Shown: positions 38,046 through 51,021 of the stretch, piece by piece
Layout of the letters: each line of letters opens with the position of its first letter
Numbering within the stretch: the first letter of the stretch is position 1
From: Mizuhopecten yessoensis
Taxonomy: Eukaryota
Length of the DNA: 64,000 nt
Direction: 5' to 3'
Assembly: GCF_002113885.1 (NCBI RefSeq)
Contig: NW_018407907.1
Location: 1,614,978 to 1,678,977 of the forward strand
Made by a program: the position numbers and the translations under genes
Notes under the pieces: generated by a model
Databases searched by the model: none
Told to the model about the DNA's origin: nothing
What the model saw: the letters and a program-made list of their open reading frames with translations, nothing else

Positions 38046-39781
38046 TAACACATGAATACTGGTCAACTTATTACATATTTTGTCATTAAAATATATATTA
38101 TCGAAACCTGTGACATTACTTTTTTTATTTTCAAAACAGATATTGAAATATACTGCATTGCCTTACATGACCCTGTAATCCTTTTGTATACTCTAAATAT
38201 AGCACACAATGGTCATTCAAAGGACCGCAGTAAGTCTAAAAATGTACATGTAAATGATTGTTTTCTGTGTCAGCCGAATTCTTTGATTTCACGCTCTTCA
38301 AATACTAACTAACATACTTTGATTCCGATTTTAACATATCTTACTTGCAAAAACACGAATGGGATCAGATACAAGTTGGGAAAACCTAAAATCCACCTTA
38401 TTCTTTGAAACGATAATGATAAAACCGCAAAGAAGAAAAGGTGTGATAGTGAAATAATTCACTAATAATAAACTAGGTTAGCGTTAAATTATATAAATCA
38501 AATATGCTATCATGCATTTTTGTACCCATATATGTACATACAGTATTGTACACAATATTATTAATACTTGCATAAAAAAATATCTTTTAAGTTGAAATCG
38601 TTATCAATTATATTTCATTAAAATGTAGTTAGGTATATAGGGACAGGAGACGTAAGATACATCCGGCTATATGTTTCTGATTTATTACTGCGTAAATAAA
38701 GTAGATAACATGTCTTTGCTGGACTTCAAACTCGAACGAGTAGATAAAGATCTCACACATATTAAAAAGAAATAACACTGCATCATACAACTGGTTTGTC
38801 CTCTTCAAACTTATCTGTGATGCTAGGGGCCACAAAGCTGGAAGTTCAATGCTCTCAACTACTGTTGAAAGAGAGAAATACAAGCAGATCATATAATCCC
38901 TAAATATATTTATTTGAAAAGTTAAAGGAGGACTGGTTACAGAAGGCCTCAGATATAAAAATGACATTAATGATTTACATTGGTGGCGTTTCAGACAAAG
39001 TAACACATGAAAGTCATTTTCAACAATAGTTTTAAATTAAGACCTGTATTGAAGTGTAAGTCTGCAACATGATGACCATAGGATATTCCTTACTTGACCT
39101 AGAACGAACTTTTCAGTCTCGTGTGAATAATTTCACAATTTTATAAAGGCTGTTTTTAATTTGTCTATTTTATTTGTCTATATGCCGTTTTAACGACTTT
39201 AAAATGGCATATAGACCAATGATATAATATCAATAATGATAAAAATCTGGCGACGCAATTATGCAATTAGTCACCAGATTGTTACATTTTAAGAAACTAA
39301 ACAATTCAGTTCGAAAAACGACCCTCTGCTGGTTGCATAACCCTTAATGTTTGTCTTTTTAGCCTCTTTGTGTCTGTTTTGGGATCTTACGTTGTGTGCC
39401 TATTTACTCCGTGTATTTACTCAAAACCCTTTCAACAACATAGCTAAGAAATAGCTGACATGTGATTTAGAATATTCTAAGAAAGGTTTTAAAATAAAAT
39501 TGTAGATTTTTTTACAATTAAAAATAAATGAGAGTTTGTCTCATGACTCGTAGTTAGATAAAACACAGTTAAAGTGCCTTTTGCATGATCAAGGCTACAT
39601 GATACGAACCAATTTGAATAAGCCAAGAATTCCTGACAATGAAATGTATATGGATTACCAAATATTGTGAAATGTGTACTTGTACTTCTACTCACTTTGG
39701 ACTAATCTCTCCATCGCGTGCCTATTTGTACGGTTGAGAAAGCTGTTATAATTGTAGTTTCTTTATTCATCAGCAGGTGAA

Positions 39782-40998
39782 ATGGAAGGAAATGCGATCT
39801 CTTGCTTTAATGGACAAATATCTTTCCGGGGTCATGGTCAAACTACATGTTTACACCACAAAGGGAAGAATGTGGACTGGTTCTGTGAGACATGTCATGC
39901 CGTCATATGTGATAATTGCATTTCTACTTCACACAAAGGTCATGCCATTGTCCCGTTGAGTGAACTCACTCCAAACAACAAACATAAGATAAAACATTCA
40001 TCAATGAAACAGAGCAAAACGAACTGATTCAAACACAAAAGGAAATCCAATCTACCTAGGATAGTCTGGAAAAACACATTAGCCATTTCAAGGATGTGAC
40101 AAAAGAAGTGAAAAACCAAGGAATGAAACTGAAAGAAGACATTGATGCTCTTATAGCCGAAACACTTTAACAATTGAAACATTTAGAAGATGAAAATACC
40201 CAACTCCTCACCAGTTACAAGTCAGAACGCGAGAGGACACTTGCAGATTTGAAAAAACAACTAACACATTGTAAGGAAACCCTTCAGAATGGCATAGATA
40301 TCAAGGTATTAGACGTTACCAGTAGACTACATACAGACATCACTTTACCTAAACGACCCGTCCTAGAGACTGCCAAGTTCAGTCAAAACAAAAATCCTTA
40401 CGAATTGTTGACGTCTGCATTGGGGAAAATTACCTTGACTTCATCTGGAAAAACTGAGGATCACGTCTCTACTAAAGTCGACATATCAGCTAGATCACCG
40501 GATCTTCAGCCATCAATACCTTCAGAAAAAACGCCAGATGAGATTACCGATTCAGCAAAACTGGCCTCACCTCTACCAACGATTGAGGTTTTGTCAGAAT
40601 GGAATTGTCTATGTGACATCAAAACTATTTGTCCTGCTAACAATTGTTGTGCTTGGACATGCGGAATAAATAGAAAAACTTTGACATACCTGACCAGTGA
40701 GGGAAGAGTACAGCAGCAGATTAAGAGTCCTGTTAGAGTAACCAACATCTGTATGTCTCCCTCTACACAAAAAGTCTGGGCATGCTCTCTGGAAGATAAT
40801 AGTGTCATGAAGCTGAAATCAGGTACGTTATTGACATCAGATAAATTGGTCCGTAAATTCAACACAGAGGAGAAACCTTTGTGCCTGTGTGTTACTAAAG
40901 ATAGTCATGTCCTTGTGGTGACGAACAACAGAATCATCAAGTACTCTCCAGGAGGGAAGCCAAGCCAAAGAAAGAAAGAAAGAAAGGAAGATGAATAA
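39782..40998 (+). pseudogene. B-box/coiled-coil/NHL (TRIM-like, RING-less) gene copy A, disrupted
   Basis: B-box CLHHKGKNVDWFCETCHAVICDNCISTSHKGH. 1-nt frameshift near 39990, in-frame TAG at 40057-40059 (CAG in copy B), and homology to copy B stops at ~40963. Confidence 0.88.
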
Positions 40999-42327
40999 AT
41001 AAATAGATTATTAATAAAAAAAATGTATAGGTTCATATCAAGACAAAAGCCTGTTGTGGCAGAGATGACTGACCTCCAAAATCATGACGTCTCAGTCCCT
41101 CCTCGGGAAATCCTCCTTCAGCAATCTATAATGTACCATCAGTGACAGTCAGAGCACTCTCTTTGTTGTTCTATGTCCATTTGACCATCTAACCACAATA
41201 CGCCCATAATTATCCTCCCTAGTCCATGCCCCCCTCCCCCTCAACACTCTACATGGGTGTATATTTCCATCATAGTATCCTCCTGCAGCTAATTTACCCT
41301 CTAAATTCTGCCAAAATACATCCATGATTAGATTCACATCCAGAAATCTGCTGATGGGTACCATCATCTGGTGTACAGGGACGCTGAATGGTGTAAAGCG
41401 TCATATCCTGTGTCTTCCTAAAGGGATCGCAGAACCAAATGATTTTCCATAGACGATAATGTTTACGTTTACCACTGTCCTGGTTAAATGGGATTATCCA
41501 CACTAGTTCACCTGCCCTTATTTTGAAGTATGTCATCTCACACACCTATAAAAAAGAAGTTTAAAAATTGTACCTATTTGAACGTTTTTTTTATATAGGG
41601 GCCGCCATTTTGTATTGAATTCGGCACCAAGAATTGACCAAAACTTACAACAAATTACACACTTAATAAACTCCCCCAGACAAAAACAGACTTGAACAGT
41701 ATTTTTTTTATACATTTCACATCTATATATATTGCCCAACCCACACATAAAACTTTTGAAACTTCTTCCACCTAAATATCCAACCAGCAGGTCCCGAGGC
41801 ATTCACCTTCCTATCACATCTTCTGCCCAAAAGAGAAAAACCCACAATCTATTTTTGATTTGGTTCCTTGGACTCTATATTGACCTAACTCTGTCCAAAA
41901 GATAAAAATAAAAGACCAAACTCAAATAGAACCAATGAAGATTTTATGATGATGGACAGCTTTTTATAATTCAACCATCTAAGAAAATTAAACTTTCATT
42001 TGTACCATAATTAATCAATATGGTTTCTGTCGTTATACACACTCAAAGGTTTTCATTATCTTATCTTTACAGTAAAAAATACCTACGATACAAGCCGAGT
42101 TTGTGGAGTGTGTTACCACAGAATACTGAACATTGACTACATAAAGTACATAAGTTACCACAGGTAATTGACTATCACAGGTTTGTATTGTGTTACCACA
42201 AAACATTGGTTACCATAAATAGAGAGAACAGAATGCTACCACACATATGAAGTGTCTCCATTACTTGAATATTTCTACGTTCGAGGAAACATTTATGATC
42301 TTGTAACGTCATTCTTAACCAGGTAAA

Positions 42328-43865
42328 ATGGCAGGAAATGCGATTTCCTTCTATAAGGGACAGATAGCTGTCCGGGGTCAAGGTCATACGACATGCGTAC
42401 ATCACAAAGGGAATACTTTGGACTGGTTCTGTGAGAAATGTCATGAATGCATATGTGCCAATTGTATTTCAACATTACACAAAGGTCATGGCATTGTCCC
42501 GTTGAGTGAAATTACTCCACACAACAAACGTAAAGTACAAACGTTCATCAATGAAACAGAAAATAAAGAGCTGATTCAAATACAACAGGAAATCAATTCA
42601 GCCCAGGAGAGTCTCGAAAAACACCTCAGCCATTTCAAAGATGTATCAGAAGAAGTCAAAAACCAGGGAATGAAACTAACAGAACACGTTGATGTTTTAA
42701 TTGATGAAACACTTTCACAATTGAAACATTTAGAAGATGAAAATACACAACTCCTCACCAGTTACAAGACAGAACTCGAAAAGAAACTTGCAGAATTGAA
42801 GGATCAACTAACACATTGTAAGGAAACCCTTCAGAACGGCACAGATATCCAAGTGTTTGACGTGACCAGTAGACTTCATACAGACATCACATTACCTAGA
42901 AGACCCGTCCTGGGGACCGCAAAGTTCAGTCAAAGCAAACATCCCAACGAAGCTTTGACGTCTGCATTAGGGAAAATGACCTTGACTTCATCTGGTCGAA
43001 CAGATGATCACGTCAATGCTAAAGTCGGCACATCAGCTGGTTCGTCAGATCAACAGCTAACTCGACCTTCAGCAAAACTGGCCTCACCTCGTCCAAAGAT
43101 CCAAGTTCTGTCAGAATGGGATTATCCCTGTGACATCATAAAGATCTGTCCTGCTAGCGATGATGGTGTTTGGGCATATGGAGTTGATGAAAAGTAACAA
43201 ACGTCTCTATATCACTCTCTACACAAACAGTTTGGGCATGCTCTCAGGAAGATAACAGTGTCATGGGGCTGAAATCAGCGACATGGCTAACGTCAAGTAC
43301 ATCGGTCCGTAAATTCAACACAAAGGATGAACCAGCGTGTCTGTGTGTCACTAAAGATGACCATGTCCTTGTGGGGATAAAACACGGAATCATCAAGTAC
43401 AATCAAGGAGGGATGCCAAGCCTCAGGTCAACATCACATTCAAAGAAACCACTAGTGATTTCACCAAGAATGATATCGGAGTGTCCGGTCAGTGGGAATG
43501 TTGCTGTACTTGATGGAGATTGGTCAATTGATGTTGGAGAAAATCCACCTCTTATTGTAGTGATAAGCAAACATCTACAGGAGATATACAGGTACGGACC
43601 ACACCAACACGGCAGTAGGCCTGAATCTCTGCCTTTCCACCCCCGGGATGTATCGTACGATAGATTTGGACAATTGGTGGTGGCTGACTATAACAACAAC
43701 TGTCTTCATCTGCTGAGTGGTGATGGACAATACCTTGGACTGATGTATCCTGAAGAAGACAGACCACTTGCTGTGTGTGTGGACAGGCAGGACGTTCTGT
43801 GGGTGGTGCTTGGAAGTATAAATGGAACTGATAAAGTAAAACGACTTCAGTACCACAGGGAGTAA
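42328..43865 (+). pseudogene. B-box/coiled-coil/NHL (TRIM-like, RING-less) gene copy B, split by a frameshifting deletion
   Basis: ORF 42328-43197 (B-box + coiled coil) and ORF 43263-43865 (NHL-like: FHPRDVSYDRFGQLVVADYNNNCLHLLSGDGQYL). Comparison with copy A shows ~61 nt missing at ~43194, giving an immediate TAA. A splice acceptor sits just before the ATG, so the CDS is a single exon. Confidence 0.88.
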
Positions 43866-45515
43866 ATCAAACTGTATGACCGTCATTTTTGACTCATACT
43901 TGAGATATATACAAGGACTACGGATGTTGATCCTGACTTTCCATATATTTACATAGTGAATCAATTTGACTTTCTCTAGAAAAACCTAAAAAGCTAGTCA
44001 AAAGTTTAGGAATATAGAGTTGTAAAATTAAGCTAGAAAATTGTGTTTGCAGTATGCTGGAAAATGCCTTTGAGAACATACATTCCATTAGCAGTTCAAT
44101 ATACTTCAACAATGTCTTTGCTATTTATTGAAGCTATATTTACATTACAAACCATCATTGAATTTGCATATACAAATTACAACAAATAGGCAAAATGTCA
44201 TGACAAAATCGAAGGCTCTTTACGTGATCCCTTGCGGTATCCTGATTCAAGGTCTTTGAAGAAGATCAAAAGAATCGCTTTGGATGCTATAACCGTAAAG
44301 TTGACAGACCTACAAGTTAACTGTAACCTTATCGTTAACGGACAGTATTAATCTGGCTAGATCCTTAATTAAAATCAACCTTATAGTTTACTGACATGAT
44401 GCCTTCGACTTTGACATGGCAGATTCCAAGGTCAGCCCTATCGGGAATGTATCAATTGGATTCGAAGGTAGTATACAAGGTTTAGGGGGTAACGCATGTG
44501 TTGACCTGTTTCGATTGAAACTTCGTTAGTTTGGGAGTTTCAGTAGGTAAAACATTTTTATTTTGATTGAATTGTTAGTGTAATCTATAGTTTTTGTTTG
44601 ACCGAAACTTTAAAAAAATATTATGTGAATGTTTTTAAATATGTAAAATGTTTCTTAAATCACTTTTATAAAATTAGCAATGCCCAATATATAATTCCTG
44701 TCAACAACTGATCGAGTCTAATATCTGGTCATAATGAGTAACAACATTTTCAGCATTCAAAATATTGAACAACCAAAAAAACAATCTATAATACCTTTGA
44801 TAATTTCTGCTGATATTATGCAATTATGCAAACATCATTGTGAGAATACATGTAAATTGTTATGTGACAACAACACGTTATTGGTTGTTGTACTTCTGTT
44901 GGGTATCAAAAATATAATGTGTGACGATCATTTCAACAACTATCATGTAAGATAAGATTATGCTGGTCATGTTGCTGAATTTCTAGTGAAAACAATGACC
45001 CATCTATATAATAACTTTCATCTGGTAATGAACTGTATTATTTGGTGTGACCAAACACATTCTCTATGAGTAGACAGGTGTGATTTAATATTTTGATTTT
45101 TGAAAGAGTTATCTCCCTTGGGTTTCAGGGATGCTCGTAATCCATAGATGCCTTTGTGTGTTCCTTTGGAACTTGTCATTAAGACATATAATCATTTCAT
45201 TATAGAATATATCCAATTAAGCTATTGTTTTAGATTGCCATGTGACTAATAATTAGAATTGCACATCGTCAACTAATAATTACATATGCTTCCAGATCGG
45301 ATAACAGCTGTGCAAGTATAAATATATACACTACGTGACACCTCTACAAATTTTCTCGGAAAATCGCGAAAATAAAAACCTGCGAAAATTACAACTTAAA
45401 CAGTATGACCCTAATGCGTCGATTAACAGTCAAGACACCGGTATCAAAGTACTGCATCATTAACTTAACACTGAGAATACATCAACAATTTTGTTATCTT
45501 GTTTTTAATACAATT

Positions 45516-45720
45516 TCTGTTTCAGGAAATCACCAACATTAAATAAGATACAAGATCGTTGGAAAATCCTTATACATTAAGCGTTGACAAACGATGACAG
45601 TACGTTTATATATAAAGTTCCTTGAAAGTGATTCAGTTTATAACAAAAGAAAAGTTGAAGAAGAGCTGTTCCCTTCATTTTCACATTAAAAACGCATTTT
45701 TACTTTGTAAAATGTTTGTT
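45516..45720 (+). pseudogene. Orphan paralogue of the AFMID last exon and 3' UTR
   Basis: 21-nt exact match 'tctgtttcaggaaatcaccaa' to 11032-11052, coding EITNIK*, with patchy homology to 11070-11230 downstream. Confidence 0.7.
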
Positions 45721-46581
45721 TAATTTTACATATACATACAAATATAATTAGTATAATTGTATTTATTGATATATGAATTTAACATTTTTTTTCTTTTATT
45801 TTATATCTGAAATTCTAAGTTAGTTATTATTTTGTTTGTGGGTGTATGGTACGAATTCCGGTCATACCTCATACATCTTTACTTTCATAATATTTTTTTA
45901 ATAATTCGTCTTCATTATTTTTTCTTTATTTATAGGTGTTTTTTTTCAGAAATAATTTGTAAAAAAAAAGTATGATCAGTTAGCAAATTCCCAATTATAG
46001 TCCCTGTTATGGGCAATGATACAAAGATCCTACAGTCAGAACTCTGATATATAATATGCTTATTGTAGAAGAAAAAAACCGCATACTATTTGAGGACCCT
46101 GAGGGAGATAAGCCTTTGGCTAAATCAGGGTGGTTTTTTGTATCCTTAATAATTAAAATTTATGTTTATTATTATCGTCATTAAACTACGTGGCCCTCAT
46201 ATGAGAAAACAATGACAGCAAGAACATACATAACAACACATTTGTGGGGTTTTGTTATCTTATTTGAAAAGTAAAAGTTCTGGAGATGTTGTATGGTCCA
46301 AATATAAATTTATTAGAATAACTTTCTCTGGGTCGCGGATCGGTGGGTGTTTTCTGGAGTATCCAAAAACACACCCGTACAGTCCGATGCCTAGGTCCTA
46401 ACTCCTCTTACAAGTCGTTATCATGTCCTTAGTACATTACACAGTTAATCCTGTTACGTAATATAATCAAGTTGAAAGATATAGGGTATAAGATGGACAG
46501 TAAATACATGAGCTAATCTGACAACAATGACACATGTCGACTTTAAAGGAAACGCTTCATAAGTTAAGGAGAAACTAATTT

Positions 46582-46900
46582 AAATCCGTGGTGACATCAA
46601 GGGTTGACGGAAGTTTCGTCGTCGGTAATCCTTTAAGGAACATAGTCTAGAAAAGTGTCCAATTTTTCCACACTTAAAACACTGGGCTGATATTGCGGGG
46701 CATATTCTGAGATGGCCGTTGTGAAAAGTTAAGCCGCATCGGGTGCAATGTCTATTGGTCGGCAATACCCAGCTGTTTCGTCCGGTTCCGGTGTTATTCC
46801 AGAAACGTTGAGGAGTCTGATGAGACGAGTTGATAGCTCTGTTGAAACATGGTCGATCTTATCCACGTAACTTCGGGTTGTTATTTTGATGGTTGTAGGT
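46582..46900 (-). mobile_element. Gag-like remnant with tandem zinc knuckles (Ty3/gypsy-type)
   Basis: CTRCGLTFHNGHLRICPAISAQCFKCGKIGHFSRLC contains CX2CX4HX4C preceded by a second knuckle. No pol nearby. Confidence 0.75.
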
Positions 46901-47221
46901 AAGGGTAAATCTCGCTTGGCAGTGAAGGTTCGGGATTTTGTATGTAAATTGACTTACACAAATGAATGAGGCAAATTACTCCGGATTATTCCACCAATTA
47001 AAACAACACGTTTGTGGGGTGCATTGTTATCTAATTTGAAAAGTAAAAGTTTTGGAGATGTTGTATGGTCCAAATATAAATTTATTAGAATAACTTTCTC
47101 TAAGTCGGTCGGTGATTTCTGGAGTATCCAAAAACACACCCGTACAGTCGGTGGGTGATTTCTGGAGTATCCAAAAACACACCCGTACAGTCCGATGCCT
47201 AGGTTCTAACTCCTCTTACAA

Positions 47222-47511
47222 TCTTTTTACACAACCAATAAAATGTTCTATGTGACGTTTCGATGACTAGTACGATATGTACACTGTCACTCTACAAAAT
47301 GACCAATGAAACGTATGCACACAAAGGTTTAAAATGTGTACGAGTTGTCCTTTGTGTGCATACGCTTCATTGGTCATTTGTCTAATGAAGGTGACAGTGT
47401 ACATACATATCGTACTAATCATCGAAACGTCACATAGAAAATGTTATTGGTTGTGTCAAAAGAACTTCTCCTAATCCATACTTACCAACCTGAAGAAAAT
47501 GTTTAGAAATA
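47222..47511 (+). mobile_element. Hairpin-forming insertion with 11-bp TSD, probable Penelope-like pLTR fragment
   Basis: TSD tcctcttacaa at 47211-47221 and 47512-47522 (single copy at the empty site 46403-46413). Inverted arms 47222-47327 / 47349-47463. Homologous to 49452-49580. Confidence 0.7.
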
Positions 47512-49444
47512 TCCTCTTACAAGTCGTACATTTACACCGTTAATCCCGTTACGTAATATAATTAAGTTGAAAGATATATGGTATAAGCTGGACAGTAAAT
47601 ACATGAGTTAATCTGACAACAATGACACATGTCGACTTTAAAGGAAATGCTTCATAAATAGAGCTTATCTAAATTGACACAAGTTAAGGAGAAACAATTT
47701 ACACAAATAGTTCCAGGAGATCAATTATATTTATGTCACACGATGGAATAAATCAAATGAAAGTTTGTTGTTTAAAATACGCCAAATAACGAATATAAAG
47801 AGGTATTAAATTAAAGTTCAAATTTAGCACTTTTATCATAAAACTCTTTATGATACAGACAACAACCATGATATATGCAGGTAGCTACTCGGCCGATAGC
47901 CAAGCGCTATAAAGTTTGAAGCATTGGCACATAATTTTTAGTTTAAATCAATTTTATTGCAACAAAAGACAAATGGATTGGACAAAAGTTATTGCAACTA
48001 ACTTACGTCCTTTCTGTAACAGAATATATATATACAAAATCAATGTGTCACGTAATAACCTAAAACAAATTTATATATGTATATATATAAATAAGATGTT
48101 AAAGATGGGTTACAGCAAAAGAGGTAATGACAGGATTAGGGACACCAACGTGTAGTTTTTTAAATGTGTATTCAGAGAGTTTACTTGAGATCGCGAGTGT
48201 GATTTTCCTAATCGAGTCGGCGTAAATAGTATACCTAATCTTGAACTTGAACTTGAATACACACATACATGTATCCTTCTGCTTTTCTAAAGTTCAATCA
48301 CATTCCGTGCCGCATTTGCCTTTTTCCTGTGTCACTCCAAGTCCTTCTGTGAATTCCTGCCTTACATACTTAGCCGACTAGATTAGGAAAACCGGACAAG
48401 CGCTCTTGGCACATAAGAGCATATCACGAGAATAACTAAGTACAAATGCGCACTAGCATTTTGAAGAAACACATCAGCACATTACAACAGCACGTACGCA
48501 CCTCTCAAGAGCATTTAAGCGTATAATTACTCATTGAAAGAGCGCATTAGCAAATTACAAAGAGTCTATAAGCATAGTATAAGTAGATATCGGACAAAGG
48601 GTCGACGGATACAATAACAGTGTACCGATCCCTTAAATAAATTTGCTTTAAAAAGATATAACAAATCGAACATGAATCCGGGAATAGAGAAGCATCATAC
48701 AATATGCAGTAGAAGGCGTCAACCTTGATATTTAAAAAAAAACTCGTTCAATGATAACCAGGTCAATATGAATATGAAGAAAGTGAAAAATATACCAACA
48801 ATGATATTACATAATTACAAAATAGTTGCAGGATTATGTGACTAAAGAGGTCTAGATCTGTAGCAATTGAGTTGAGTTCATATCTAACAACATCCTTGAT
48901 ACTCCAGGGGTAAGCTCACAGTCACTTACGCTCAGTGCACCCCCGAAATAAATCCTAGCAAAATTGAAGGTAAGCGGCTAGCTGTTTGATTGGTCTCAGG
49001 TAGAAAAATAAATGACCAATCGCTAGGCTGCTACTTGTCCTTTTGAGATTACAAAGGAGCGACACCCGACTTCAAAGCCAGTCAATTTTATCATCACGTG
49101 AACGATAGAAGTTTCTTTTGATGTACATCAAAGGAACAAACTAGTCTTCTCGTCTCATCCACAAGGTGCTGCACACTGAGTCTTCGACGTTTCCATAACA
49201 TATTCCCAAGGATTCAAAGAGCGAAAGTGGGCGTAACCTCTGGAGTATCGAGGATGGTAATCTTAGATCAAATATCCATATTTCAAAATAGACAAACTGG
49301 AAACAACCTCTGATTTTTTCACGAAAGATTTGTTCATGACTTGAAGATCTTTGACAATTTTCTCATTTCGCCGGGGGGATCCGCCCCTGACTTCCAGTGG
49401 TTAGATATATGCTTACAGATTGTATAGAGATTTATAAAGCAGGA

Positions 49445-49580
49445 CCACCACCTGATGAAGGTGACCGCTAGAGCACAGATCGTTTATCATCGAAACGTCA
49501 CACATAAACACGTAACTGGTTGTGCTATATGAACCTCTGCTCCATCTATACTTACTTACATGAAGAAAATGTTTAGAAAG
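49445..49580 (+). ncRNA. Hammerhead-ribozyme-like motif in a Penelope-like repeat (probably degenerate)
   Basis: CTGATGA (49452-49458), stem II GGTGA/TCATC, GAAA (49492-49495), then C-GTC. Stem I pairing is not evident in this copy. Confidence 0.45.
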
Positions 49581-51021
49581 ATGCTTACTACTCTGGGCCT
49601 ATCGAAAACACTTCCTTTGCTAATTTGGACACAGCAAAGGTGATATTAGAATCTAAAGAAAGCGTTCAAGTCACTGGTAGTGAAAACTGCGCAAAATACA
49701 TACTTGTAGAACTAGTGGTCCCCGTGTTTTTTTGGTGTTTAATATGGACGATCATATTACAGATTCTTGTAACATGGTTAAACACAACAGAGTTAAAACA
49801 TGCAAATGGTCACTTTGATAGGCATATGTGTAGCTTTCTACCGAAAGCAAATAAGATTTTCAGTACTGAAGAAAAGACATCGAAATATCAAGAATATCAA
49901 GTCGGGGTTCATCAGACATAAAACTGAACTCTGATGCTTCAAAAAATGAGGAGGCGAAGAGTATTCCATCAGTACAATTCGATTTGTGAAAGACGGCTAA
50001 ACGTGAATATTGTCCGAAAGCATGTTGGAATTGGGTAAATATTGAGGCGCATCAACAGATGAATCTGTTCTTGGGCGTCAATATTTATTGAGAGTTGAAA
50101 ACAGCACAACTGTATTATAAGTCTGGGCTGCCTTTGGTGAACTGGACCAGAAACCAAAGATTGCCGAACAAGTTATTCGCACTCAAAATTGATGAAGACA
50201 TTGTGCATTATGAAAGGAAAGATTTACAAGAAGACCCTTGAAAAAGTACAGGAGAATATTGTATCAATTTGCTGGGTCAATATTTCGCTGTTTCGTATTC
50301 AGTACATATTAGCGGGGGTTAAATTTCGCTGTGCATCCGAATCACATGTCGTGCAAAAAATTTCGAGTGTCATCATTTAAGGGTTAAACCTCGAAATACA
50401 GGTAAACCATTAGAAAGCATTGAACCCGAGCGTCATTATCCGCCAGTGACTTCACTCGAAAGAAAATCAAATGTGTATAACGTATGTACCTTTGTAGTTA
50501 GTCAATTGTTTTCTGGAAAGGTACATGTCTTCTGTTTTATCGACGACATTTGTCTTGTAAATATAGGTCAAATACTAGCAATGTGATGTCCTCAAAGTAA
50601 CAGGCGGGGTAGAGACAACTAAACCACAAAGTGAATTAAAGTTTTAAAAATGTCGTCATTCATACTGCCCAAGGAACTACACATTGGTAATGGCGACCGT
50701 AAAACTTGCAGTCTTTAGCAGTTTGATATTTTTTTAAACCCACTTGTTGTAATTTTGTTCCGTCAGCATTGGACATCTATCACAGAAATCGTATTATCAA
50801 ATAACTGACCCATTTTACTATAACATAGATATGGTATTACACACACATAATAAAAGCTGAAGGTGCTGCGGTTGGTGAAAACCGTGGGAACATATTCCTA
50901 CGCCATCACTACAGGTACTACTTCTTTTCACTGTACCACATGCTACATTTACAGTTATTTTAAAGAATTTGAAATGTTTGTTTTGTCATTATAGTTTTAA
51001 TTACACTTGAAATTATTTATC

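Larger units (their letters stand above)
46232..47700. repeat. ~350-bp direct repeats (46232-46581 and 47002-47700) flanking the gag fragment
   Basis: Both start 'aacaacac.tttgtggggt' and end 'aagttaaggagaaac'. The second copy has an internal ~43-bp duplication and the 47222-47511 insertion. Confidence 0.85.

Noticed and set aside
40506-40865. Antisense ORFs over the TRIM-like, IMMP2L and HERPUD coding regions
   Set aside because: Shadow frames of real coding sequence.
49625-50380. Short ORFs downstream of the hammerhead-like motif as a Penelope ORF
   Set aside because: No RT or GIY-YIG motifs recognised in the ORFs examined.
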